Assembly (NCBI GenBank): GCA_002104905.1
Contig: MCFE01000289.1
Location: 38,849-102,848, forward strand
Source: Basidiobolus meristosporus CBS 931.73
Taxonomy: Eukaryota; Fungi; Basidiobolomycota
Reading direction: 5' to 3'
DNA: 64,000 nucleotides
Shown: in pieces, positions 10,092 to 23,970 of the stretch
Numbering within the stretch: position 1 is the stretch's first letter
Layout: each line of letters opens with the position of its first letter
The notes under the pieces: generated by a model
Database searches by the model: none
The model's input: the letters and a program-made list of their open reading frames with translations, nothing else
What the model was told of the DNA's origin: nothing
Translations under genes and position numbers: made by a program

Positions 10092-12543
10092 ATGAATTCC
10101 GCAAGTGGAGTGCAGGCTGGTACTGCGTCTAGCAGTACCGATAGTGATAATGGTTGGGGCGATGTTTATTCATTCAACTGCCACATTCTCCACCCAGATA
10201 ATATGAGCTAACCTGAACATTTTACTTCTTACTATTCAAGAGTTCTCAAGGTGCCATGTTTGTTCCAAGCCCGCCTTATTCATGTGCAGCGCATGCGGCT
10301 CTTCTGTTCAGTACTGTTCGGAAGGGTGCCAAAAAGAAGACTGGCCACAGCACATCCAGACTTGCAGGAGGATAGCTGAGACAAATCGAGACAGCGGTAG
10401 AATTCGCTTTACCCATTCCTCTGCACTCGAGAAACTATACTCATCGCTGCCTTTATTTCACACCAAGCAGATGCTTCAGATATTAGCCAGGTAGGCCAGC
10501 TCAGCGCTCGCGTTGCTATTCTCTTGCTTACAATTCCCTTCGACGTAGATGACTTACGGCGACAGTCGACATAGCCAAGTTCCTTTCAACCAGAGCCCGC
10601 CTGTCGAGGATTCGCCGGAAGAGCAAAAAAGCGAACTTCAGTTCTACACGGCGCAAATTTACCAGATCATTAAACCTGTGCTCTGCTGCATCATACTCTC
10701 CATAGTGTGGGTCAAGATTTCGATGTCGGGGAGTGACTACCGGTCAGTATACCCTAAGCGCTGCTAGACACACTAGGTTTAACGGCTTTCTTGTCGCAGA
10801 CCGGCCCCATCTGGCTATGCAGTATACAACGAATCCGGAACCGGCTCCAGCTCCGATCGATTCGTGGGCTCTCTGTTGAACGCCTTGATCATCATTGGCC
10901 AGGTGGTAGTATCCACGTTCATCATTGTGTGTCTATTCAAGTTTGGATATATCAAGGTAAATGCGGGGTGGCTTTGTGACTGTTTGTCTCCGTCTGATGA
11001 GCCTTCCCACTGTAGATATTGATCGGATTTTTCATTCTGGTTGTAACCACGCTACTGGGATTCATGGGATACTTGCTCGCATTGTAGGACCTACTGAGAC
11101 GAGGCATATCGTTCCAACTGATGTTGATTTGGCCATTGTAGGAATCTCTTGCAGGTGTTCAATTTCGGCTTGGATTACATCACCCTTGTGTTTTGTCTCT
11201 ACAACTTTGCCGCCGTCGGGCTGGTGGTGATATTCTGGAAAGGGCCGTTGCTGCTTCAGCAGATCTACCTGACCATCATGTCCTCGCTAATGGTAAGTGT
11301 GTGGGTGACTGCCCGTGGCGCTTTTGGCTGCTGACGATTCTCCCGATAGGCTTTCTCTCTGACTGGGCTTCAAGAGTGGACAACCTGGATGCTACTTGGG
11401 CTTCTGGCTATATGGGGTATGTCTTTCTTTTAATTGCATCTTGACGTATGCGCTGTGACGAATTCAATAGACCTTATTGCCGTACTTTGTCCATACGGCC
11501 CCCTGCGCATGCTTGTCGAGTCATCGAGAGAGCAGCAGAGAGATGTTCCGGCTTTACTCTATTCAGGCAAGTGACACTCCGCATCTCCAAAGTCGCCCGC
11601 CTCTGATCATCAGGCTAACCCATTCTTAGTGGGAAGCATCGTTTGGCTGATGGCAACAAATCTATCTGGATACGAACCGGTGCGCACCGGTAGCGACGAG
11701 TCTGGCGGCGGGCCATCCGAGTTGGAGTATTCACAATCCTCAGCCTCCCCCAACCTTCGGAATTTGCATCCCAATTCCCTTTCTGCTGCGTCGTCCGCCC
11801 ACCGTCCGTTTGATCAAGCCTCGGCTGCAAAGCTAGAGAACCCCTTCTTGGAAAGCACCGACTATCATCCCGATAGGCGAGAGATCAGCAGCGCCTCCAC
11901 CAGCTCCACCAGCACTATCCTCGTCAGGCAATCCTCACTGATGCCTCGGGAAGAAGAGGTTCCTATGCAACCTCGGAGCGATTCTGAAAGCAACCTACTC
12001 TCCGTCTCTGGTGCAGCAACTACCCCCACTGGGAATCGGCAAGAACCCCCGGAGCCTGAAAACGGGGAAGATGGAGGTGAAGTGTTCTCCCATACGCACT
12101 TCCTTTCGAAAGCAAAGCTAACCCTTAACGGGACCATATGCAGATGAGCGAAGCGGGTTGAAGCTTGGCCTAGGGGACTTCGTGTTCTACAGCGTGCTGA
12201 TAGCCAGAGCATGTGCGTAGGTTCAAGGAATTTATTGACAAGGACGATGTCTAAATCGTATTGCATTCTTCTGCAGCAATGTCCGATTGGATAACCACCA
12301 TTTCGTGCTTGGTGGCCGTCATGACGGTTAGTACCTTGTTTAAAGTGGTCCGAGTGATAACTAACCTCCGATCATGGGCATTTCAAGGGATTGAACGCCA
12401 CCATCTTTTTGCTGGCCATCGCGAGGAAGGCACTACCGGCGCTCCCGATCTCCATTGCCTTCGGAATACTGTTCTATTTTGTGTCCAGCATCATGCTTGT
12501 CCCATATGTCCAAGCACTTTCCATAGTTCAAATCATGATATAG
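10092..12543 (+). CDS. PSEN: Presenilin (GxGD aspartyl intramembrane protease) with a predicted N-terminal MYND zinc finger; many short introns
   Basis: Spliced motifs [21 protein letters not shown] (Asp1, codon split by an intron near 11417-11470), [15 protein letters not shown] (GLGD ~12167-12178) and LPALPISI; upstream [38 protein letters not shown] is a zf-MYND; presenilin call is strong, fusion is inferred from splice-site phase. Confidence 0.85.
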
Positions 12544-13360
12544 CTGGAAGTCTGGCTGCTTCCCCACCCCACCCCACCACAACTTCCATCTCCACCTCAA
12601 CCCAGCAGTAATACTCCATAGATAGCTGGCCAAATTATTTCCAACCCGTAATAAGCTATAATACAACCACTGCACTGATCCACCCTCACTCTACAGTTGT
12701 TTCTGCTTTTGACACGGGAGTCTCGCATCGCTGGTCACAGGTGAAATTAGATTGTGTCCAGAATTCGAGCCCTATTGAAACCGAGGGGTGAGGGGTGCTT
12801 TATTGGTGGGTGTTGCCTTTCTCTAGGATGCTGGCCCATTCGTATATTGTGCATCGCGGTTCCAGATCTGCTGTTCAGATGTCCTTATCCATCATGACGC
12901 TAACCAAACTGTAGTCAGCATCTGTTCATAGACGAGCCTGTATTGACCAAAAATAGATAATTTCGGTGGTCATCTCTACATGAAACCTCATTTATTAATG
13001 GACGCGCTGAAAGCTTGGTCAATGTACTTTATATCGCCCACTAAGATGCGTATCGAATACTGGTGGATCGATTGGACGCCTTCTCGCCATCATGGTTCAG
13101 CCACTGCCATCCACATTCCCATCGTTAACTTCGTCTCTCCGCCAACAGATCCAAACAATCGATCCTCACCAAAGGATTATCGGATAGATTATTTGCATAA
13201 TTGAGGCGATCAATATGCCTGGATCTCGAAAAATATCCATTGTGCCCTTCTCTGTTTCAGATCGGATGGTGTGAGGCGGTTAGAAATCCCTTCAGACCGA
13301 TGGTTCGTCTCCACATCAACTGCCACCCCACTTTGCTCCACACCTTATAACCCTTGACTC

Positions 13361-13767
13361 ATGGGAAATTCCTACCAAAAAAGAATCGCCGAGCTTGAGC
13401 GCCTAGAAAGAGAGAGCAAGGAGAAGGAGAAGCGTCGTGTCGAGTCACCTCCCCTCGACTTGCAAGAGCTTGATCTGACCACCCATTTCATGGAGCACTT
13501 CTCGGAATCCGAGTCGAACTTGCATTACGAAGAGCCGACCGAACGCATGCTTCGCCGCTTCCAGCAAGCTATAGAAAATCGGCACTTCCATCAACAACTA
13601 CTGATCTCTCAAGCTGTGCTTCGTAGCCGCATCCGACACAGACTGGAGGTAAGTGGGGTATGGTCGAACCATGCAGCTTGACCCCCGACTGAGCAGGGTT
13701 TCCCGCATACTCTAGACCTCTGAGAATAACTTGAGCGAAAGGCGAGCCCGTTATCCTGGGGACGCCG
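13361..13767 (+). CDS. Hypothetical small charged/helical protein, 2 predicted exons
   Basis: 96 protein-like codons end at a strong GTAAGT donor (~13649); a candidate TAG acceptor gives TSENNLSERRARYPGDADMEEV*; no recognisable domain. Confidence 0.4.
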
Positions 13768-14516
13768 ACATGGAGGAAGTCTGATGCTGGTCCCCAGCTC
13801 CGACAGGGAAAACCTAGTTGGCGTGGCGTTCGCATCCATCCAGAGAACGGCGCTCCCGTATCCAAACGTTTCTTGTCCGCCCGCAACCTTGGTATTTCAT
13901 GCTAAAGACCATATCTATCTAGGAAGTGTTACCCCTCCCCTCCCCTCCCCTCACTTATTACCCTGTATTATTTGTATATTGATTCATACCTAAGCATGTT
14001 TTTTTGCTGAGCATTCCTATAAAATGACTTCACCACACTTCAACACATCTTGGCTGTTTCGTATGGATCATGTGGGCCGATTCCATTCTGTATTCCACCA
14101 CGGTGTATATGAGGATGTCTCCATCCACAACCCCGGAACCGTAGAGTTCGGAGTGGCATATTCCGGATCTTTTCCTGTTTGAGGGAATTTCTCACGCTTG
14201 TCTAAATTTAGCCGTCAAACCTCGCATTTCAGATCCACCCCACAAACTAAGTGGTCGAGTGAATTACCCAGTGGAGCTGTTGTTCGCACCCACCGCGCAC
14301 ACTCGCCCCCGATTGACTGGTTCCCAAGAAGACTCTACCCACCTTAGCCAGGGTGAGACACGATCGTGGATATGGCAGTGGGGTAATTACCCGGGTCAGG
14401 CAGAGCGGGTGGGTGTAACCTAGCCTTTAAAAGTTAATTCACTTTTTTGTACGCAGCGTGAAACATGCGGTTGATTCGGTGCTGCTCGGCCACCGCTATA
14501 AATCCCGCTCCACCGC

Positions 14517-15908
14517 ATGCGACCACCTCATATCACTCATTCTGCCATGGCGGATGCTTTCAGCGAGAAGGACGGTTTCAAGCCCACGATGAAGGGCGAA
14601 GGACAGGGGGTGGGCGTCGAGGTCTTCGAAGACATCGAAGGAACCACTTCTGCGAAGAAGGCGTTCCTGCTGTTGATCAAGGCCTTCGTTGGTACCGGGA
14701 TCCTCTTCCTGCCCAAGGCCTTTTCCAACGGTGGCTTGATCTTCTCGATGATCGTGCTCTCGGTGGTGGCAACCATCACGGCGGTGGCCATGCTGCTTCT
14801 GGTCAAGGTGCGACTTCAAGTCCCCGGGAACTTCGAGGACATCGGAGGGAAGCTCTACGGTAAACCAATGAAAATCGTCGTCATGACCTCGATCACCATA
14901 TCCCAGGTAAATCTCTTCCGCCAACCTGTCTCCTCACGTCCCCCACCCCACCCTAACCTCTCCATCCATTAGATGGGCTTCTGCTGTGCTTATTTCATCT
15001 TTGTGGCCCAGAATCTATACGACCTCACCCACTCGTTGTCGAACTGTAGCGTAGACATCCCGGTGATCTATTTCATCCTGCTCCAGCTGGTGGTGTACAT
15101 GCCCTTCTCCCTGGCCCGAAAGATCAAGGCGTTCTCTTACACCGCTTTGCTGGCGGATGTTTTCATCCTGATCGGCATCGTCTACATCCTCTACAGGGAC
15201 ATTGACAAGCTGACCACCGTGGGCACCGGGGACATCCAGCTCTTCAACAGCAAGGATTACCCGCTGTTCATCGGGACCGCTTTGTTTAGCTACGAGGGAA
15301 TCGGCTTGGTGCTGCCCGTTGTCAACTCCATGAAGGAGCCCAGACGGTTCCCCGCCGTCCTGGCATGTGTCATCGTGTGTGCCACGGTGGTGTTCGTCGC
15401 GGTGGGTGCCATCTCCTACGCCGCCTTTGGCAACGTGACCGAGACGATCATTCTGATGAACATGCCAGTGGGTCACTCGATGACCATCACCGTACAATTC
15501 CTGTACGTATTCGCCATCATCCTGACCCTTCCGCTGATGCTGTTCCCGGCCATCGATATCCTTGAGCAGGGCCTGTTCCGTAAGAGATCAGGCAGAGCCT
15601 CGACCATGGTGAAGTGGCAGAAGAACCTCTTCCGTATCCTCCTCTGCCTGGCGCTGGCCATGATTGCCTGGGGCGGCGCCTCGAACCTGGACAACTTCGT
15701 CGCCTTGATCGGCGGCTTTGGGTGTATCCCCTTGCTCTTCATCTACCCAGCCATGTTCCACTACAAGGCGGTGGCGACCAAGCGTGTGTACAGGATCTGC
15801 AATGGGTTGATGATCGTCTTTGGCTTCGCCGTCATGGTATTCGTCACCTACATCAGTATCCGAAGCTGGTCCACCGCCGAGGTGGTCAACCATTGTACAG
15901 CTCATTAG
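14517..15908 (+). CDS. Amino acid transporter, Aa_trans/AAAP family (AVT3/4- or PAT-like); intron 14907-14972
   Basis: KAFVGTGILFLPKAFSNGG, SQ/MGFCCAYFIF, FIGTALFSYEGIGLVLP and FIYPAMFH with multiple TM helices. Confidence 0.93.
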
Positions 15909-16478
15909 CATTACTCAGTGATTGCCATTCAATGATCCCCCTTCCCAATCTACCCCATCTGCCCTTTCCCGGGCCACGAATGGATTTCCCTGAGGCCGAT
16001 TTGGGGTTGGGGTCGATAGCCAACGTTGCGGTATTCCCCCCCCCTCCCCGTGACACGTCGCACCTTGATCCGTTAATTTGCTCTGTTGAATACGTTACAC
16101 TGGCACATCTTTATTCCCCAAATTGGCCCCTACACCATATATACCAATAAATGGCTGATCCCAACCACAGCAACCTTTGACTGACACCTCGTTCCTTAGC
16201 GGGTCGTCCTCCCTTCCACTCTAGGGTGGGGGGTTTGCGGAGGGGGTGTTCCATCGATCGCAACTGTCAAACTTCCGGCCCATTCATTGCTGATCCACCT
16301 GATTCGTAGGCCCAACGCTTCACAGAGTGCCATCGCTTGCCTCGTCCCTGGCCAATCATACGCGGCTCGGCTTGTTTATACGCCGTAGGCTTATTGGTGG
16401 TGGATCGTGTGGAACTCTCGCGCATGCCTACCTTTGGAAGGAACTGGCTTGGCGCGCATCAAAATAATCGGCCAACCC

Positions 16479-17775
16479 TCATCGCTTCCACCCTTCATCA
16501 GACGTGGTCGATTCGGAGGAGTTTCGGACATGTCGAGTGCCACTGGTGGACTTGGTGGGTGTTTCATCGTGGGAGTGGGGGCGGGGCTGGCAATGCTCTT
16601 GCTGAACCAAATCGCCTGGACGAATGGTTGTGTCAAGCCTTGACTTTATCACCTGCCAAATCGGTAAGGGGTTGTTGGTATGACTGGAGAAAATTCCGGT
16701 CAAGTGTGGAGTGGCTTTGGTGGTGGTAACCTTGACAATAGTGATGCAGTCAATGGTTGGTGTCCAACTGGTCTCTCTGTGGGTCTCTTCACCCTTGGAT
16801 CCTGAAATGATTTGGTTGAGGGAGCTCTCATTTGTGTGTGCATATTACCATTCCAAAATTCCACTGTGGGCATCTTAATAAACCCTGGACTTCTTGATGT
16901 TGTTGCTCTGCCCACCTGTGGGATCTCCACTCTGTCTACAATGGAGGATGCGGAGACTGTGGTAGTAGAAGTACCTTTCTCTGTAAGCTCATCAACCTCA
17001 CTGGAGCATGGTACCACTGGCTGCCCTTCAATCTCTTGTGAAAATAGCTGTTGTCTTGTTGGTAATTCTTCTTGGCTGTTCTAGGAATTGCACTGTTCTT
17101 GGTTGACAGTGCTGATTATCAAATACTTCAGCTTTTGTCTCACACTTCTCTGTCTCCAACTTAGCCAGACTTTCCTTTCTTTCCCTTATCACTGCCAGGA
17201 CCTCACCTGCCACTGAATACTTGTTGTATTGTGTTATGTATTTTCCTGATGAATGCTGCAATGGTGCTTCTATCTCTGATTGCTCTTCTCCAGCTGGCAC
17301 TCTTCCAACCACCTGACATTTCACTGCCACTTGTTAAGAGCTCCCAATCTTACATGAGATGGGCCTTAGAGGAAGCTACAGGTTTTTTGCCATGGTAACC
17401 TAGTCTTTTTGCCATTTGTAGTAGCAATTATTCTTGGAATATCTTCTTAGCATACCAATGATGGCCCAAAATCACCTTGCTTGTTTGAAAGCAGGATACT
17501 ACTTATGAAACAGATCAAGCACATACTGATTGGCCTTTGGCTCTACATAGTGCCAAGGAGAACTGTCCTTTAAATAACTGTGTGCAGAGCTCACACAGCC
17601 TCCTGAGTATCAGCCCAATTATAATCATTGCACTTGACTGTATCTTAGATCATCAGTGTCCATTGACTTTTAGGCACTAGTATATATATTGTAGTCTCTC
17701 CCTCTCATACTGGAATAGGTATTTCTATGGGCATTATCTTTAGGCACTGGTGATGTGCTTCAAAGACTGTACCAT
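16479..17775 (-). pseudogene. Diverged copy of the CACTA-like element accessory gene, with a unique CpG-rich 3' extension
   Basis: SSEVDELTEKG...ASSIVDRVEIP...MPTVEFWN matches the accessory ORFs at 19839-20267 and 30716-31096. Confidence 0.6.
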
Positions 17776-19331
17776 CCCTATGAAGAATAATTGCAATGAT
17801 CCTGTCAAAAGGCCATCACAATGCTTAATTTCCACAACTAAGAGGTCCTTATGAAAAAAATAATTGTGATGATCCCATCAAAAGCCCTTTACAAAATTTA
17901 AATTCTGTAACTAATAGGCATTGATGCCATCAGGGCACTGTGAAAAAAACTTTTGAAAAAAAGTTGCACCTCAGATTTCCTGAAAAACTTGATCAAATTC
18001 TTCATCACAACAATACATAAGTGGCTTTTGATTGTTTCTCTGCCATTCCTCTCACTTTCCAGTCCTGGATACTGAGTCATCTTTTATGCTTGTGTACAAG
18101 GATTGGCTATTCCCTCTTTCTCCTACTCCTTAATTACAAGCTCAACCTGTCCTCATACTTTTCATACACATAATTGGTATATTTCCTTTGGATATTCAGA
18201 CATAACTCAATAGTAGATTGTACTAACCCATACAAGTCCTTATACCCAACACTAAGATTAATTCAGCCTCATACTCAATAAGTAACTCCATTAAATTCCA
18301 CCATTCAATAATACTGCTGGCCAAATGTTCTTTGCCCATGACTTAGCAGGAGCCCTGTGACTTTATGTCATTGATAACTTTTTGAGTTCTTGATGTTATT
18401 ACTTTGTCTGTCAGTGGGATCTCCACTCTGTTAACAATGGAGGATGTGGAGGCTGCCATAGACAAATTGCCTTTCTCTGCAAACTCATCTAACTCACTGG
18501 AGTGTAGCTCAACTGGTCACGCTTCCAACTCTTGTGAGAACTGCTGTTTTCTTGTTGATAGTTCTTCTTGGCCACAATGGGATTCAGTCTGTTCCAGGCT
18601 TAGAGCATTGATTGGCAAGAACTGCAGCTTTTCTTATGTTTCCCTGTCTCTGGCTTAGGTAGACTTTTCCCCTCTGACTATTCCTTTATCACTGCCAGGT
18701 CTTTCACTGCTACTTTCTCTAAGTGCTTCTTGTATTGAACTATATTTCTCCTTGATAAATGCTGCTCTGTTGCATCTGTCTTGGCCTGCTTGTCCCTTGC
18801 TGGCACTCTGTGGGCAGCCTAATGCTTCTTTTCTGCTTGTTTCAAGCTCTCAGCCCATACTGTCATAGGCTCTTGAGGTAGCTGCTTCTTTTTATCACTG
18901 CTAGGTTCTTAACTGCTACTTTGACTGAGTGCTACTTGAGTAGAATCACAATTTTTCCTTGGTGAATGTTGCTCTGGTGCATCTGTGTCTGCATGCTTTC
19001 CCTTATTTGGGCTCTTCTGGTTACCCAATGACCCTTTGACACTTGTTTGGAGCTTTTGGCCATGCTGTAATGGGCTCTAGTGGAAGCCGCTGGTTTTTAG
19101 CCATAGATCCCTTGTTCTTCCACCTTTGTTAGTTTCTGCTATTCTTGAGATACCTTCTTAGCACACCAGTCCTGGCCCAAAATCCATTTGCTTGTTTGAG
19201 TCCAGGATTATGCTCATGGCAAGACTAAAGCACATTCTGCTAGGCCTTGAGGTCCTGATAGTTGCATGGTATGCTGGCCTTAAGTTGTTGGCATGCTAGA
19301 CTTCTAATGGCCTCTTGAATATTAGCCCACT
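17776..19331 (+). mobile_element. CACTA-like element copy A: left end only (TIR duplicated at ~17843), cut off by copy B
   Basis: CCCTATGAAGAATAATTG terminus, GATCCYRTCAAAAGG subterminal motif and accessory-gene 3' half. Confidence 0.75.
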
Positions 19332-20195
19332 CCCTATGAGAAATTATTGTAATGATCCCATCAAAAGGCCATCACAATGCTAAAGTCTCAAGACAAAGTG
19401 GTACTGATCCCTTCAGGACACCATCTAAAGACCATTGAAAAATAACTGCACCCCAGATCTCACAAAACACTTAGTCAAAATTCTTTGTCACAACAATGTA
19501 TCAGTGGTTTTTGATTGGTTCCCTGCCAATTTGCTCACTTTTTGATCCCAGACACTCTATCACCTCCTACATTTGTGCACATTAATTGACTATTACCTTG
19601 TTTTCACACTCCTTACTTCCTGACTCAACTGTTTCTCTTACTTTTCATACATACAAATTGATTTACTTCAGTTGAAGCTCAGTTGTACTTCAATTGCCAA
19701 TTGTATTGACCTATACAAGTCCCTATACCCTACACTAACATTGAGCCCAACCCCACACTCAACAAGTAACGCCATTAAAATCCACCACTCAATAAGTATT
19801 TCTGCTGTAATGCTCTGGTTCCACAACTTTGGTGGGAACTAAATGGCTTTATGCCACTGTTCATTCACTGGTTCCTGCATGTCCTGTTCTTCAGCTAGCC
19901 CTGCAAGGTCTAGCACCTCATCTGCCAGTTTTTGTAATAAATCCTTGCAATATTTCAGTGAGTTTTCTTGAGCACTGCTCTTGAAGAAGTGCTGCAACCT
20001 CTTGGTGTGCCTATTGATATTCCAAAACTCCACTGAAGGCATTGTAATAGTCTTTTGAGCTCTTGACATTGTAGCCTTGTCTTTCAGTGAGATCCCCACT
20101 CTGTCAACAAAGGAGGATGCAGAGGCTGTGATAGAAGAATTGCCTTTTTCTGCAAACTCATCTACCTTGCTGGAGTGTAGCTCAACTGGCTGCGC

Positions 20196-21266
20196 TGTGG
20201 TGGTGTATAGGTCCAAGGGAGAGATACGTCCAACACTTCTCAAGTGTTTTGTGTGTGGGGTGTTCACTGGGTGCGATAACCTCTGGCAAAAGCTTGCTAG
20301 GAATACTTGGGTTCTGTCTCTAATCTAATGTGAAGGGGAATAAAGCCACAAGCTTGTCAAGGGAAAACTATTGAGCTACAATCCCCAACTTAGTTGGCGT
20401 CTTAACAAAAGTATGTGCTGGGTTCAGCATCCTTTGAGATGACAATGTACTAAAACTTCAAAAGTCAAAACAACTGTAAACTCCACCAGCAGGGACTTGA
20501 TAAGAATACAGCTTTGGTCAATAGTTACAAAGACAGAAAAGTATCTTTGCCTGTACAAGAACAAACTTGGGAAAGAATCAAATATAATAAAAGATACCTA
20601 CTCTGAGTATTCCTCACAAGTAGTGCCTCCAAGGTCAGTTGGCTGTCAGCGCGGTTTCCTGGGAGTGTCCTGTGGTCTAGGGTTGGAAGTTCAGGTAGCA
20701 GCAGGTAGCAGTGATCACACTAATCAACAAGTTGGTATATTGATAAAAGGGATGATGATTTATTGTTGAGGGATAGCCTCCCTTATATACTTTTCTCACT
20801 GGCTAAGTGATTACTAATCATGGTGTTCCAGAAGGTTCCGGAGATCAATAGAAATCTTAATGACATCAGAATGACCTAAGAATGTTCTAAGTAGGTGCCA
20901 GAAGGTTCTAAGAGGCACAGCACATCCAACCAATCAGGAATCAGTATTCTGAAACCTGTGTAACATGGGGATACCATATATGGTATGGAAATGGTAGGGA
21001 TGGTGACACGGGCTGATCATGTGTCACGGGTACTGGCGCGGGTACTTGCCTAATATAGAAGTACTTATAGCTAGTAATCTTACATAAAGTGAGGGGTAAC
21101 TTATGTAATAAGGTATGCAGGTGTGATAGTCAACCGGCTTATGGGATAGTACTGATTGGGTAAGACAAATGGGATAAAACCAAAATAAGTGTAGTAGAGA
21201 TATAGGGAAGTAGAAAATAAGGGAATGAGCACATCTGTCAGTGGGTGTCACTGTCACCCCACTACA
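20196..21266. mobile_element. Solo LTR, family A (long variant, 1071 bp)
   Basis: TGTGGTGG...CCACTACA termini; 4-bp TSD GCGC/GCAC; host accessory gene resumes on the other side. Confidence 0.8.
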
Positions 21267-23970
21267 GCACTCCCAACTCTTGTGAGAACAGCTGTTTTCT
21301 TGTTGGTAATTCTTCTTGGCTATGATGGGATTCAGTCTGTTCCAGGCTTGCGGCATTAATTGGCAAGAACTACAGTTTTTTTTGAATGCCTCCCTGTCTC
21401 AGGCTTGGGTAGACATTTTTCCCTTTACCTTTTCCTTTATCACTGCCAGGTCTTTCACTGCTACTTTGTCTGAGTGCTTCTTGTATTGAACTATGTTTTC
21501 TCCTTGATAAATTCTGCTCTGACACATCTGTTTTGGCCTGCTTGTCCCTTACTGGCTCTCTTCCGGCAACCTGACATTTCTTTTCTTCTTATTTTGAGCT
21601 CTCAACCATAGTTATGACAGACTCCTGTAAAAGCTGCTAGTTTTTATCACTGCCAGGTCCTTCACTGCTACTTTGATTGGGTGCTTCTTGAGTGGTACTA
21701 TGCTTTTTCCTTGATAAATGCTGTGCTGGTGCATCTGTGTCTGCCTGCTTGTCCCTAATTGGCACTCTTCCAGCTACATGACATCTTTTTGATGCTTGTC
21801 TGGAGCTTTTGGCCCTGCTTGTAATGGGCTCTAGTTGAAGCTGCTGGCTTTTAGCCATGGAACCCTTGTTCTTCCACCTTTCATAGTTTCTGCTATTCTT
21901 AAGATTCTTTCTTAGCATACCAATGCTGGCCCAAAATCCATTTGCCTGTTTGAATCCAGGAAAATGCTCATGGAACAAGTCAAGTGCATTCTGCTTGGCC
22001 TTGAGTTCCTGATGGTCACATGGTATACTGGCCTTAAGGTGATGACATGCTAAACCTCTCATAGCTTCTTGAATATTAGCCCACTCTTCATTACTGCACT
22101 CAATGGCTTCACAGATCTTCAATGTCTTTTGATTTTTAGGCTTTGGTATAAACACCACATTGTCTCCTTCCCACACTGTGATAGGTTTTTCTGTGGGCTT
22201 TATCTTTGGGCACTGTTGTTGTGCTTCAAAGACTGCATGGCTTTCCTCTGCTGTTACATTTGGGAAATGGCTCAATTCATAGCTGTGACATTAAGCTACT
22301 TGAGTTCCTTCTTTCCAGCAAAGATACTGCTTTCTCTACCTGGGATATTGATTGCTCTATAACTTTTATCTGCTCATCCTGTTGCTGGACTATTTCCTGG
22401 TTTCTCTGGGCCATTGCATCTATCCTATTTGCCACTGCACCTAATTGCTTCATTAATGCTTAAGTGTGAGCTGACAACATACTTGCTAATATGGGTGGTG
22501 GTGATGTTATGACAGGCACTTGATGGTCTTCAATTGAGGGTACTGCATTTGCTACATTCTCATCTGCCAGAGCATAACAGTCAGCTTGTGGCTCTGCAGA
22601 GATTTTCAATTGCCTACTTGACTGAGAGCCTGAGGAGTACGCATTATTATCTTCAATGGGCACCCTGTCCACAGGGCCTTTTTTGGATGTAGCCCTGCTT
22701 ATTGCACTGAATATCAAAGCAAGCTGTTGTCCAACTGTTCTTCTGTTGCCATCAGCAGTGGGGTTTGGTTGGAAACCAGATGACTTTGCTTTATTTTTTG
22801 GTGGCATATATATGAAAGTGAGTCAAACTAAAGGGGAGATAGTGTTGCATATACATGTGTATGTGGTGCCACAACTTTATTTATAATGCTTACTATGGCA
22901 GGTCATCATTAAATCTTACATTCAAGTAGGTGCAATGTCTCAAACACAAGACTGTCTTAAGTTCACATGAGTGTTGACCAAAAAGTGATATAATAGCATT
23001 ACATTGTTAAAGGTCAAGCTGTTTAACACATAGACAAGACTACTTTGACTTAATGCCATAAGAGAAGAGAAAAAAGACCATGTGGCTATTGTAGCAAGCC
23101 ACTCAGCCATGAAGCACACAAACAGTATAGGAAGTATTACAAGGATCATGGCCAGTGTTTTGCCACACAATTCATATTTGGCCATTCATTGGTCACTACT
23201 GTACCAACATTATCTTGCCAGCCAGTTGATACTTCTATATCAGCACCTGGCCGTCTTTGTCACCATGTGCAAACTGAGTCAGGTGAGTTTGTGATGCCAT
23301 TAGGCTCACCCCAGCCTTCTGATTATGGCACACAGAGTTATATCACTAAAGTAGCAGTCTCCATGATGGACTGTGAGCCTATCTTCCCTAACAACAGTAC
23401 TCTGCATGAGCCTGCAAAATCCCATTATGCAATGAGTCAACACCTGTGGAAAAAAATGCTGAGGATACTCAATGGAGTCAAGTGAGCCCGGTATTTCACC
23501 TATTGGTGAATGATATGATGACATGACTGAAGAAGTGGTGTGTTTCCACTGATATTAGTAATGGGGGCTTTGAGGATTTACTACTACTGCTTGCCAAAAT
23601 CATCCCTGGATGCAACCTATTATGTACATGGTATAAATGGACAATCATCATGCAACTGGCAACATATGACCCAGAGACCATCTTGCTACCAGCATGTGTC
23701 AATAGTTGTATGATATTCACATTGGAAAATGCCACCATTGCAAGGTATCCAACCTGTCAGGAATCCACCACCATTGGCAAAAACATTGCTTGCACTCCAG
23801 ATATATTGCAGTAATACCAAGTCTAAAGAAGCTCATGCTGTCCAACAAATATTGTGAAGCTATAAAGTACCACACTCAGTATCAATCAAGCACAAACATA
23901 TCCAATACATTTGATAGTGAACATTACAAACAGCTAAGGAGCAAGGGCTACTTTGAAGATATGTACAACA

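Noticed and set aside
2685-12543. O-fucosyltransferase-like gene, rhomboid and presenilin close together, suggesting a Notch-like or intramembrane-proteolysis cluster
   Set aside because: They are interspersed with unrelated housekeeping genes (ALT1, uL1, RPC11), no receptor or EGF-repeat gene is present, and the transferase is not POFUT1-like beyond the fold; chance adjacency is the simpler explanation
14465-16150. Several overlapping ORFs on both strands around the transporter
   Set aside because: High GC3 in the real gene suppresses stop codons in other frames
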